Assembly (NCBI RefSeq): GCF_963921235.1
Contig: NC_086108.1
Span: forward strand, 87,050,001 to 87,114,000
DNA from: Mobula hypostoma
Lineage: Eukaryota
DNA: 64,000 bases
Reading direction: 5' to 3'
Shown: piece after piece, positions 1 through 10,324 of the stretch
How the letters are laid out: every line of letters begins with the position of its first letter
Numbering within the stretch: the first letter of the stretch is position 1
Position numbers and translations under genes: made by a program
The notes under the pieces: model-generated
Databases searched by the model: none
The model's input: the letters and a program-made list of their open reading frames with translations, nothing else
Told to the model about the DNA's origin: nothing

Positions 1-80
1 TCAATGCGTCGAGTGAAGACCCTTCATCTAGTCCAGATCAAAGGTCTCAACCCGAAGCCTTGAGTGTTTATTTCTATCCA
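1..80. repeat. Degenerate inverted pair of PLE-terminal (hammerhead-like) motifs, cut by the window edge
   Basis: gaagacccttcatctag followed by tccagatcaaaggtctcaacccgaagcc resembles the head-to-head arrangement at 38215-38293. Confidence 0.5.
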
Positions 81-1289
81 AAATCATTCATTCTTTATCA
101 TCAGTAGGAATAATCTGGTATTCATTATGACTATTGCATATGAGCCTAATATCTAAGGATAATATTTTAATCTTCAATTTAAAAATATAAAAATTATAAT
201 CTTAAAAATGTGAAGTCACTGCTAAACTATGAATTAATGAGATACACTATTTCTCTGATCTCCACGCTCGCAGCTATGTTAATGATTCTCTCAACATGTA
301 TAAATATGTAATTTTTCTCACAAAATCTTGCAGACATGAGATCATTGATTATATTCACAGAACCATGAAAAGATTAAGTAGAACTGTTTTTCAAAGATCT
401 AGGTGCAGAGGAAGGATTTGTACGTCAGGAACACAATCCATCTGTGCACTATACAAACAAAAGAACAGTGAACTCACATTCATGGTTAAAGGATGGCTGC
501 CGCCTGCTCTAATTTTACCTGCATAGCAAATCTAACAAGACCAGGCTGGAAGTGGTTTCGCTCCAGAGACCAATCTACTGCAAGCACATTAATCTTGTCC
601 CACTTTCTAAGCAAACTACAGGACCAGAAAGACCTGTGACAGGCTTATGTTAAATCTCTTACTCAACTAAGGAGCCAGGAATTTAAGAGATTTGCATAAA
701 TTATTCCACTCCATTCCTCCTGTCACTCTGGGTGGTTACTAACTGCATTGATTGTTTCCTCCCTGTCACATTTTCAGCCCAAAATTAGTCAGAACTTTCA
801 GGATTCTTGTGTGATGAAGCTATTCTACTGAAGGATGGCAGAAATAAATCAATTAGATGAAGTCTATGTGATTTTGTTCGTTATTAATATAAATCTGCAG
901 AATTGTTTGGGCAAAATTGCTCAGAAAAATTGTGTCACAAGCTGAATTTTAATTTCTTGACCGGCTTTAGATTAACTAATTAACTGCTTTGGATGTATGC
1001 TGCTTTTGATTTACATTGCATTTTGTTAACGATGGGATTAAACATTGCCAAAGGCAGGTGGGAAGCTGCATGATTCATTGAATAAATCAAATGACAGCTG
1101 AGAGATTTGTTGAGGGCATCTTGGATGCGTTCACACACCTTTAGTGCTGCTGCAAAGTGCGAGGTGTCGCTGTGTGTAAACAGCTCAACAGCTGATCAAT
1201 TCAATCTCCAGACCTGTCAGAAGAATTCTCCAGCACAAGGCAGGTGCCACAGAAACTGGAAATCTCATGTCACAGTATAAACCTTAGTA

Positions 1290-1410
1290 TAAAATCAAAG
1301 GGAAAAAATTACAGATGCTGGAAAGCTGAAGTTAAAAAATATAATGGAGACATTCAACAAGTCAGGCAGCACCTGACGAAAGAGAAGCAAAAAGTTTCAG
1401 GTCCAAGATC
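1290..1410 (-). repeat. PLE-terminal derived short repeat
   Basis: cagatgctggaaagctgaa...caagtcaggcagcacctg matches the reverse complement of the PLE 3' end at 9380-9460. Confidence 0.5.
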
Positions 1411-1559
1411 AAGAAGCGTAAGTGGGAAAACACATTAGTTTAAAAGGGTAGACTTCTGGCCTATAATGCTCCTTCGGTTGACATCTTCTGGATAGATCAA
1501 TAAACCATATATTTCAATCCTTTTATGTCTTTTGTGTTTGTTTTTCATCTTGGATGTGA

Positions 1560-2152
1560 TTCTGGAACTTTTGGAGCTGTGATTTGCTGTTTGGAGTTTG
1601 TTTGGGTGTTCTAGTGCTCTGCAGTCTCCGAGAGGATTCCGGGAGTCGGAGGCAGCATGTGCAAACCTCATAGAGGGCAGGTTGTGGGATAGTGTGAGCC
1701 GACGTTTGACTTCATTTTGCCATTTAAAACTTTTATCATGCGCCGATTAAAGCAATGAGGGAGATTGAAGCATTGAGGCGAAATCTGAGGGTGCCTGCCT
1801 TTTGATCGTTGAGGATCGCTCTGCTATGTTACTGGAGAGGGGAGAGCCTGCCGCCGTGCCGGGAGTATGTTGCCCGGGTTTTTTGCGTTTTCGATGTGGA
1901 CTTGGACTTTTCTTGGTCTTACAGTTTTTTTGTATTTTGTGTTTTTCGCCTGATTATTCTCGTTTTTTTTGTGTGTCTGGGGGTGTTTCGGGGGTTGTTG
2001 TGCCTGTTCTGTTTTTGTGGGGAGGGTGGTTTTGAGGGTTGAAGATCACACTGCCTTTCTTTTCTTTCTTTGTATCATGGCTACACGGAGAAGAAAAATT
2101 TGAGAGTTGTATACGTTGAAAATAAATGAATTTTTGAACCTTTGAACCTTTT
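1560..2152 (+). mobile_element. Non-autonomous retroposon (SINE-like) with (GAACCTTT)n tail
   Basis: GT-rich body, aaataaa, then gaacctttgaacctttt tail; similar 3' architecture at 31375-32076 and 57155-57592; 5' limit approximate. Confidence 0.5.
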
Positions 2153-2799
2153 AAGTTCAAAGTAAATTTATTATCAAAGTACATATATATCACCATATAC
2201 AACAGTAAGATTCATTTTCTTGTGGGCATACTTAATAAATCCATAACAGGATAATAACCATAATAGAATCAATGAAAGACCACACTGACTCTGCGTACAA
2301 CTGGTGTGCAAAAGGCAACAAACTGTGCAAATACAAAAAAGAGAAAAATAATAATAATAAATAAATAAGCAGTAATTATTGAGAATATGAGATGAAGAGT
2401 GCTTGAAAGTGACCCCATTAGTTGTGGGAACATTTCAATGATGAAGTGAAGTTGAGTGAAGTTATCCCTTCTGGTTCAAGAGCCTGATGGTTGAAGGGTA
2501 ATAACTGTTCCTGAGCCTGGTGGTGTGAGTCCTGAGGCTCCTGTACCTCCTTCTTGAATACAGCAGAGAGATGGATGCTGAGTGATGGGGATTCCTGATG
2601 ATGGATGCTGCTTTCCCGTGACAATAATCTGTGCAAATGTGCTCAATGGTGGGGAGGTCTTTACCTGTGATGGACTGGGCCATATCCACTACTTTTTGTA
2701 GGATTTTCCATTTAAGGGTATTGGTGATTCCGTACCAGGTTGTGATGCAGCCTGTCAATATACTCTCCACTACACATCTATACACATTTGTCAAAGTTT

Positions 2800-2849
2800 G
2801 ATTGTACATTCTAGTACCAATTGTTTGGCGACAATGAAGTATAAAGTAT
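2800..2849 (+). mobile_element. 50-bp extreme 3' end of a retroposon inserted in the Rex1 copy
   Basis: Ends in aagtataaagtat; TSD AAAGTTT at 2793-2799 and 2850-2856. Confidence 0.65.
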
Positions 2850-2965
2850 AAAGTTTTAGATGTCATGCCAAATCTTTGCAAACTCCTAAGGAAATAGAGG
2901 TGCTGCTGTGCTTTCTTCATAATTGCACTTACGTGCTGGGTTCAGGACAGGTCCCCTGAAATAAT

Positions 2966-3702
2966 AAACATAGAACAGAAACATAGAAAAACTACAGCAC
3001 AATACAGGCCCTTTGGCCCACAATGCTGTGCTGAACATGTACTTACTTTAGAAATTACCTAGGGTTACCCATAGCCCTCTATTTTTCTAAGCTCCATGTA
3101 CCTATCCAGGATTCTCTTAAAAGACCTTATCGTATCGGTCTCCACCACCATCGCCGGCAGCCCATCCACGCACTCACCACTCCTTGCGTAAAAAAACTTG
3201 CCCCGACATCTCCTCTGTATCTACCCCCAAGCACCTTAAAACTGTCATCGTCGTGGCTATCCCTCAAGGTCAAGGATGATGGTCTTTGTTCTGAAGAAGT
3301 GGCCCACAGAGTGAAGACGCCTGTGCGTGTATTTGTTTAACGTGTACTTGATGTTGCACTCCAAGAAGCACACGATACTTCACAAGTCAACCAACTGATT
3401 CCAAAGGCATGGAAACCACGACGATTGGAGCTGATGGATTTGTTGCAGCCTTCACCCACCTTCACAGCCATTGAGTTCGAAGTAACTTCGTCCGCCTGTT
3501 CCACGGTTGAGGTCTTGGTTGGGTTGTTCTTTGTCAGGGACCTCACCCTCGATCTTACCACCATGGGTGACCCTACCAGGAGCATAGCTCCAGATGGCAT
3601 TGCTCTCGGGATCACAGGACCACAGGACCACACAAGCTTCTCCACCACGACAAGGTGACAATCTACAGAGGAGCTTAAAACTGTGCCCTCTCATGATAGC
3701 CA
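2966..3702 (-). mobile_element. CR1 LINE 3' end nested in Rex1
   Basis: aacatagaaacatagaa tail and caggccctttggcccacaatgctgtg; the Rex1 sequence resumes at ~3703. Confidence 0.8.
3246..3673 (-). mobile_element. RTE (Rex3/Expander-like)-derived short non-autonomous element nested in CR1
   Basis: 11-bp TSD CTTAAAACTGT at 3235-3245 and 3674-3684; minus strand begins caccttgtcgtggtgg...ggtagggtcacccatgg, resembling RTE 5' UTRs; related copy at ~59560-59930. Confidence 0.65.
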
Positions 3703-3959
3703 TAAAATAACACTAAGGAATTAAAAATTGCTGACCTCTGAAGCCCTGATGAGCACTGGCTCATGGACCTTCAGTTTCCTCCCCCCGAAGTGAACAGTCA
3801 GCCCTGTGACTGTATTCAGTAAGAGGTTGTTACTGCTGGCTTTCAGTAAGAGGTTGTTGTTGTGACACAGAGAGTAGGAGATGGATAAATAGAGCAAGGG
3901 GAATGTCTCTTATCATGTTGGATTGCCAACATGTCAGAAGTCAGAGATGTCAGGGCATT

Positions 3960-4380
3960 CTAATAAAGAAGGGTGAACAGCCACTTTTTCTGGTACATAG
4001 AGGTAGCAAAAACAGCAAAAAAGTGGGATGGGATCCTACAAGTCATATTTAGGGAGATTGGAGGTAAATTAAAAATGTAATTATCTCAGGATTACTATTT
4101 GTACCATGTGCTAGTCGGCAAAGGAATAGTAGAACAGTTAGGGTGAATCTGTGGTTTGAACATACGAACAGCAGACACTGGGGCATTGGAACTGGTACTG
4201 GAGGAGATGGCACCAGGTCAAACCAGACCTGGGCAGGACTGGGATTAATGTCCCGGGGGCCGGGGGGGGGGGGGATTGTTTGCTAATGCTTTAGGGAATG
4301 GCTCAAACTAATATGGCAGGGGGATGAGAATCCAGGCAGAAAGACAGAGGGAAGCAATGCAGAGACCAAAGTTAGTGTTC
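3960..4380 (+). pseudogene. Degraded CR1 ORF1 (esterase-like) fragment
   Basis: attatctcaggattactatttgtaccatgtgctagt reads IISGLLFVPCAS, like the CR1 ORF1 motif. Confidence 0.5.
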
Positions 4381-4399
4381 GAAATGTTAGTGGAGTACA

Positions 4400-4640
4400 G
4401 TGGGCATCACAGTAGCAAAGCGGTTAATGCATCGCTTTATAACGCCAGCGATCAGAAGATCAGTGTTCAATTCCTGTGAAGAGTTTGTACATTCTCCTCA
4501 TACCGACCTGATTTTTCTCTGGGTGCTCTGGTTTCCTCTCGCGTTTCACAGGTTAGGAGTAGTAAGCTGTGAACACGCAACGTCAGACCTGGAGGCATGG
4601 CAACGCTTGAAGTCTGCTCCCAGCACATCCTCATACTGTG
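4400..4640 (+). mobile_element. tRNA-derived SINE (V-SINE/HE1-like)
   Basis: A/B-box-like gtagcaaagcggtta...gttcaattcc, then gagtttgtacattctcc...ctctgggtgctctggtttcctc core; siblings at 53775-54098 and 58250-58565. Confidence 0.7.
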
Positions 4641-5072
4641 TTCGTCATATATTTGGATTTCTGGAAGGTGTTTGATTAGGTGCTGCATAAAAGACATCCA
4701 TAAAATAAGGATGCTGGGAGTTGCGGGGTAATGGATAGTGGACTGATTATCTAATAAACAGCAGTGAGTTGAGATAAGTTGATGTTCTTCTGGTTAGCAA
4801 TAAATGGTAAGTGGATTGCAACAGGGATCAGTGCTCAGCCTGCAACTGTTCACAATCTATATACTACTAAAATTCTCATGCTCTGTTTGTCTGTTCTTCT
4901 GTTTGTGATCTCCAATTAGCCCAAACGGTGCATTACAGCGGCCACTTTTTTTGACCAAATCGACTTAAAATGCACTAACTTACAGAATGTATGCAAAGTT
5001 CAGGGTTATATATTCGTATAAAATGGCTCACTCGTCAATCAACAGTCAATCAACAGGCTTTCCACAACCCCA

Positions 5073-5248
5073 GCCGATTCCAGCTTTAATGGAAACCGCG
5101 ACGCGACATCACGATGCATGCACATGGCCAGCCTCAGCAGCATCTCACGATGCTTACAGAGCCGATTCCACCTTCTGTGGAAACCGCGACGCGACACCAC
5201 GACGCATGCGCACGGCCAGCCTCAGCAGCGCCTCATGATGCTCACAGC
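5073..5248 (+). repeat. Two imperfect 88-bp tandem copies in the Helitron 5' region
   Basis: gccgattcca...ggaaaccgcgacgcgaca...ggccagcctcagcagc starts at 5073 and again at 5161. Confidence 0.9.
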
Positions 5249-5404
5249 AGCGACACCAACCGCAGCAAAAGGGCAGGGCTATCACGTCCATTTAGGAGAG
5301 CACCAACCACATCATCAAGAAAAATCAGCATCCTGGAGGCTTTAGTGTTGCTGCTTCGTATCTTCTATCAAGTATTAGGGTAAAAAAATATGGACAGCCT
5401 AATT

Positions 5405-5803
5405 ATGCTGTGTGGAAAGAGAAGGGGGACATTATGGTCAAGAGATGACGCCAAACGTCGTCGGGAAGCGACAAGGAGAGGGAGAGAACAACAGTTGACT
5501 CCACTCCAGCATCAAAGAGTCAGGACAAAAACGATGAGAGAATAAGAGACAGAGGAGGAAAGGCATGCACACCTCCGAAATGACAACAATAGGTACAGAA
5601 GGAGGAGAGAACAAGAATCGGACCTGGCCAGGGCCGCACAACTCCAGGATCAGGGAGAAAGAACAAGTGGTAGAAGAGATGAAGAGACAAAGAATGAAAT
5701 GGCTGCGCGTCTCCAGAATGACAAAAACAGGCAGAGAAGGAGGAGAGAGGAAGAGACAGAGGAGAAAAGGAAAGATCAACTCGAGAATATGTGGCAAAGA
5801 GTA
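5405..5803 (+). pseudogene. Helitron N-terminal region with STPR-like 23-aa repeats (one internal stop at 5543-5545)
   Basis: Manual translation: ETEEERHAHLRNDNNRYRRRREQ / ESDLARAAQLQDQGERTSGRRDE / ETKNEMAARLQNDKNRQRRRREE / ETEEKRKDQLENMWQRV; 69-bp period starting 5546, 5615, 5684, 5753. Confidence 0.75.
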
Positions 5804-7152
5804 CCTTATTGAATAATGAGCAAAGAGAAGTATATGAATATGTGTGCAACTGCTTGGAAAGGAATCTCTCTTCAATCATTTTCATTGATGCACCAGGAGG
5901 AATGGGCAAGACATTTATCATCAACTTGATCCTCACTAAAGTTAGGGGAGATGGAGGTGTTTGCTGTTCCTGTAGCATCATCCGGTATTGCAGCAACATT
6001 GATGCCTGGTGGTAGGACAGTGCATTCAAGATTCAAAATACCCCTCAAAGTCAATGAAGATGCCCTTTGTAACATCGATTAAAAACACCAATACTGCAAA
6101 TTTACTCCAAAATGTGAGGCTTATTGTCTAAGATGAGTGCCCCATGATTAGGAGGGAGACCTTCGAAGCCTTGGACCGGACTCTTTGTGACATATGCGGC
6201 AAGAATGAGGCCTTCGGGGGTATTTTAACCATTTGCTGTAGCGATTTCCGTCAGCTTCTAGCAGTTGTGAAATACGGAAATGATGCTGATGTGGAGAACT
6301 CATGCATAAAAAATCCTACTTATGGAGAAGCTTCATCAAGTTTCAATTGAAGAGAAACATGCGATTGAGTGAGGGAGAAGGACAATATTCTGAGTTTTTA
6401 TTGGATGTTGGAGAAGACAAGATTAAGAAAAATGAAAACAATGAAATCGAATTACCTGAAGATATGATTCTGCCAGAAAAACTATGGAAGAATGCATTGA
6501 TTTCATCTACCCGACATTCGACAATCCCGCAGAACTGTTCTGGAGGAATTCTATCTTGGTTCCTTTCAATGAAATGATGCGAAAAATAAACTTCACGTGC
6601 ATTAGACGCTTCCCTAGAATCATGAAAGAATACTGTTCCTTCAATGCCATAAGTGAAGGAGCTAACGCCACTCATTTTCCAACAGAATTCCTTGATACGG
6701 TCGAACTCTCTGGATTGCCACCACATAAACTGGAATTGAAGAGGGGATCTCCCATCATTTCAATGAGGAACTTGGATCCACCAAGGCTTTGCAATGGAAC
6801 GCGAATGATGGTGGAAGAACTGCACGACAATCTCATCGTACCAAAGATAAACATTGGTGTGTTCCAAAATGACATTATCATGATCCAAAGAATGACTCTC
6901 TATTTATCAAAAGGGGAAGATGTCCCTCTTCAGGGGAGCCAGTTCCAGATACAGTCATGCTTTGCTATGACTATACATAAGGCGCAAGACCAAACCATGG
7001 GGAATGTGTTGATTTATTTGGAGAAACCGGTATTCCAGCATGGTCAGCTGTATGTGGCATCAAGCCGGGGGAAAAGAAATGAAAACGTTGGAGTATTCTT
7101 GAAGGATGGCAGATCAACCAGAAATGTTGTCATCAAAAGTTTCCTTCATTTA
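5804..7152 (+). pseudogene. Pif1-family (SF1B) Helitron helicase, frameshifted
   Basis: FIDAPGGMGKTF (Walker A), [29 protein letters not shown]...DFRQLL, LKRNMRL, GLPPHKL..LCNGTR, FAMTIHKAQ, VFQHGQLYVASSR spread over several frames. Confidence 0.92.
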
Positions 7153-7667
7153 ACGAGGAGGAGCTATATTTGTCTTGCTACACATCTTTCTTCTTTAATA
7201 AACTTAGTTTTTCTTCTTTAATTTCCAAAGCACATCACATCAGACTGCACTACCCTTCTCCCAAAGGGTGCCCCAACGGGTCACCCAGTTGTCTAGTACA
7301 CATTAATGATTTGGAAGAGCGGACCAAGTGTAGCATATCTAAGTTTGATGATGACAATGATTTATGTGGAAAATGTAATTGTACTGAAGATATGGAGACT
7401 CTGCAAAGAATCTAAGTGAGTGAGAAAAGTTCTGGCTACAATGATGCGATACAATGTTGGTAAATGCACGGTCATCCATTTTGGAGGGGAAAATCGAAGA
7501 TTATTACTTAAGTGGTGAAAGTTTACAGCATGCTGCTATGGAGAGGGAACTGGGTGTGCTTGTGCATAGATTACAAGAGGTTGGTTTGCAGCAGCAAAAG
7601 ATTATCAAGAAGGCAAATGGAATGCTGGCGTTCATTGTTAGAGGGATTGAATTTAAGAACAGGAATG

Positions 7668-8122
7668 TGTAAGGGTAACTAGCAGACTCAAATGCAGGAA
7701 TCACAGAGAGTTGGGCAATTCAAACAAAACTAAAGATTTATTACAGGAATTAACTAGGAAAACTAACAAGAGCTCAGTCAAACTATACATGATCCTGACA
7801 AACAAATATCACTGATGATACATAAAAGAACTCAGGCTGAGTTTCATCCGACAAGGAACCACAACAGCCCAACAAAGAGGCATTGGCATGCCCCCTGAAA
7901 TACACCCTGGTGCATGTAGGGATTCCATATGTTAAAAATACTGTGCTAATAAAATTATCCCATATTGAATAAAAGTGATAAATACAAAGAGAGCTTAACA
8001 ATCCCCATGATCCCAAATGAGACTCTTGCAAAACAAAGTGAAAAACCAGAGCTAGTGCAAAGACAAACAATTATACATAAAATGTAAACAATCCAAGAAT
8101 AATGCAGATCAATGAGGTGACA
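7668..8122 (-). mobile_element. Probable LTR (solo or truncated) inserted in CR1
   Basis: CR1 breaks abruptly at TGTAAG (7668); minus strand has aataaa then cctgcatttgagtc...ccttACA, like fish LTR ends; no TSD found at the other end. Confidence 0.45.
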
Positions 8123-8146
8123 CTGAGAAAACACAATCTCCACCAT

Positions 8147-9460
8147 CAACAGCTTATCTACTGATGTCTACTATAAGCCTACTGACTCTCACAGCTATCT
8201 GGACTATTCCTCTTCTCACCCTGTCTCTTGCAGAAATGCCATCCCCTTCTCGCAATTCCTCCGTCTCTGCCGCATCTGCTCTCAGGATGAGGCTTTTCAT
8301 TCCAGGACGAGGGAGTTGTCCTCCTTTTTTAAAGAAAGGAGTTTCCCTTCCTCCACCATCAACTCTGCTCTCAAATGCATCTCCCCCATTTCACGTACAT
8401 CTGCTCTCACTCCATCCTCCCGTCACCCCACAAGGAATAGGGTTCCCCTGGTCCTCACCCACCACCCCACCAGCCTCCGGGTCCAACATATTATTCTCTG
8501 TAACTTCTGCCACCTCCAACGGGATCCCATCACTAAGCACATCTTTCCCTCCCCCCGTCTCTCTGCTTTCTGCAGGGATCGCTTCCTACGCGACTCCCTC
8601 GTTCCCCCCCCCCCCCCATCCCTCCTGGCACTTATCCTTGTAAGCGGAACAAGTGCTACACATGCCCTTACAAATTCTCCCTTACCACCATTCAGGGCCC
8701 CAGACAGTCCTTCCAGGTGAGGCGACACTTTACCTGTGAGTTGGCTGGGTTGATATACTGCATCCGGTGCTCCCGATGTGGCCTTCTGTATATTGGCGAG
8801 ACCCGACGCAGACTGGGAGATTGTTTTGCTGAACATCTACACTCTGTCCTCCAGAGAAAGCAGGATCTCCCAGTAGCCACACATTTTAATTCCACATCCC
8901 ATTCCCATTCTGATATGTCTATCCACGGCCTCCTCTACTGTAAAGATGAAGCCACACTCAGGTTGGAGGAACAACACCTTATATTCCGTCTGGGTAGCCT
9001 CCAACCTGATGGCATGAACATTGACTTCTCTAACTTCCGCTAATGCCTCACCTCCCACTCATACCCCATCCGTTATTTATTTATATACACACATTCTTTC
9101 TCTCTCTCTCCTTTTTCTCCCTCTGTCCCTCCCCTTGCCCATCCTCTGGGTCCCCCCCCCCCGCTTTCCTTCTCCCTGGGCCTCCTGTCCCATGATCCTC
9201 TCATATCCCTTTTGCCAATCACCTGTCCAGCTCTTGGCTCCATCCCTCCCCCTCCTGTCTTCTCCTATCATTTTGGATCTCCCCCTCCCCCTGCCACTTT
9301 CAAATCTCTTACTAACTCTTCCTTCAGTTAGTCCTGACGAAGGGTCTCGGCCCGAAACGTCGACTGTACCTCATCGTAAAGATGCTGCCTGGCCTGCTGC
9401 ATTCACCAGCAACTTTGATGTGTGTTGCTTGAATTTCCAGCATCTGCAGAATTCCTCGTG
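8147..9460 (+). mobile_element. Penelope-like retroelement, 5'-truncated (RT thumb, GIY-YIG endonuclease, 3' terminal repeat)
   Basis: LSTDVYYKPTDSHSYLDYSSSHP..AIPFSQFLRL.RICS; ORF 8717-9043 FTCELAGLIYCIRCSRCGLLYIGETRRRLGDCFAEH...LQPDGMN. Confidence 0.92.
9330..9365 (+). ncRNA. Minimal type I hammerhead ribozyme in the PLE terminal repeat
   Basis: AGUC-CUGACGA-A-GGGUC(UC)GGCCC-GAAA-CGUC^GACU: conserved core, stem I AGUC/GACU, stem II, palindromic ACGU stem III; predicted cleavage after C9361. Confidence 0.8.
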
Positions 9461-9939
9461 TAAAGGCAATAAAGATGTTTTCACTGGTAGGTGAGAATAG
9501 AACTAAAGGAATAGCATCAAGAGTAGATTTAAAATGGAGGTGCTTTTCCCAGAGAGTAGGGAACCTGTGATGTTCTCTGCCCCGGGAAGCAGTAGAGGCT
9601 ACCTCATTAAATATATTTAAGACACAGGTAGATCGACTTTTGCATTGTCGGAGAATTAAGGGTTTTGGGGAAAAGGCAGCTAGGTAGAGTTGAATCCATA
9701 GCCAGCTCAGCCATATTGAATGGTGGAGACTGAATAATGATCCAGACAGCCTACTCCTGTTCCTACTTTTTATATTCTTACATTCTTTCAGAAGAAGTTT
9801 TGATTAACAGGAGCCACTTACAAAACCAACCCCCTTTGGCTCACACAGCCTTTTAACCATGTAGCTATACCTGGAAATCATTTAAAAGATTGAACAAATG
9901 CATCATATTACATAATCACAGTTACTTGTGCACCACGAT

Positions 9940-10135
9940 TAGAACATAAAACATAGAACTGTACATCACAGTACAGGCCCTTTGGCCCATGCTGTTATTG
10001 CTGACCCTTTTAACCTACTCCGAGATCCATCTAACCCTTCCCTCCCACACAGCCCTCATTTTTTTTTATTCTCTATGTGTTTATATAAGAGTGTTTTAAA
10101 TGTCCCTAATCAATCTGCTTCTACCACCACCCCAT
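9940..10135 (-). mobile_element. CR1 3' end
   Basis: agaacataaaacatagaac...gtacaggccctttggccc. Confidence 0.65.
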
Positions 10136-10159
10136 GTCCCTTTCTAGCCCTCCTAGGTC

Positions 10160-10280
10160 AGTTTCAGATTCAGGTTCAGGTTCAGAGTTATTTATCACAT
10201 GTACTTTGAAACATACAAGTGAAATATATTGTTTGCATTACCAGCACACAACAGCAACAAAACAAAACAATAGCACAGTC

Positions 10281-10324
<44 letters not shown>

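Larger units (their letters stand above)
2152..3870 (-). mobile_element. Rex1/Babar-type LINE 3' fragment carrying nested insertions
   Basis: ORF 2462-2920(-) KKAQQHLYFLRSLQRFG...YRCVVESILTGCITTWYG...RTHTTRLRNSYYPSTIRLLN; (ACTTTGA)-like tail at 2152-2170. Confidence 0.8.
4856..7296 (+). mobile_element. Helitron, internally deleted (lacks Rep)
   Basis: 5' TCTATATACTACTAAAA; hairpin GGGTGCCCC-AAC-GGGTCACCC (7266-7286); 3' CTAG (7293-7296); inserted between A4855 and T7297 without TSD; encodes Pif1 helicase. Confidence 0.92.
4645..9790 (+). mobile_element. Old CR1 LINE RT/3' region split by Helitron, LTR and Penelope insertions (segments 4645-4855, 7297-7667, 9461-9790)
   Basis: YLDF..FD and QGSVL motifs before 4856; INDLEE..ISKFDDD after 7297; CR1 3' UTR cctactcctgttcctac near 9750. 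Confidence 0.8.

Noticed and set aside
5438..6029. Hydrophobic membrane-protein-like ORFs on the minus strand
   Set aside because: Antisense shadows of the purine-rich STPR-like repeats and helicase
6484..7221. Cellular PIF1 gene
   Set aside because: Intronless, frameshifted and bounded by Helitron termini
8164..9494. Several overlapping Pro/Ser-rich ORFs
   Set aside because: Alternative frames of the Penelope element and its pyrimidine-rich 3' region
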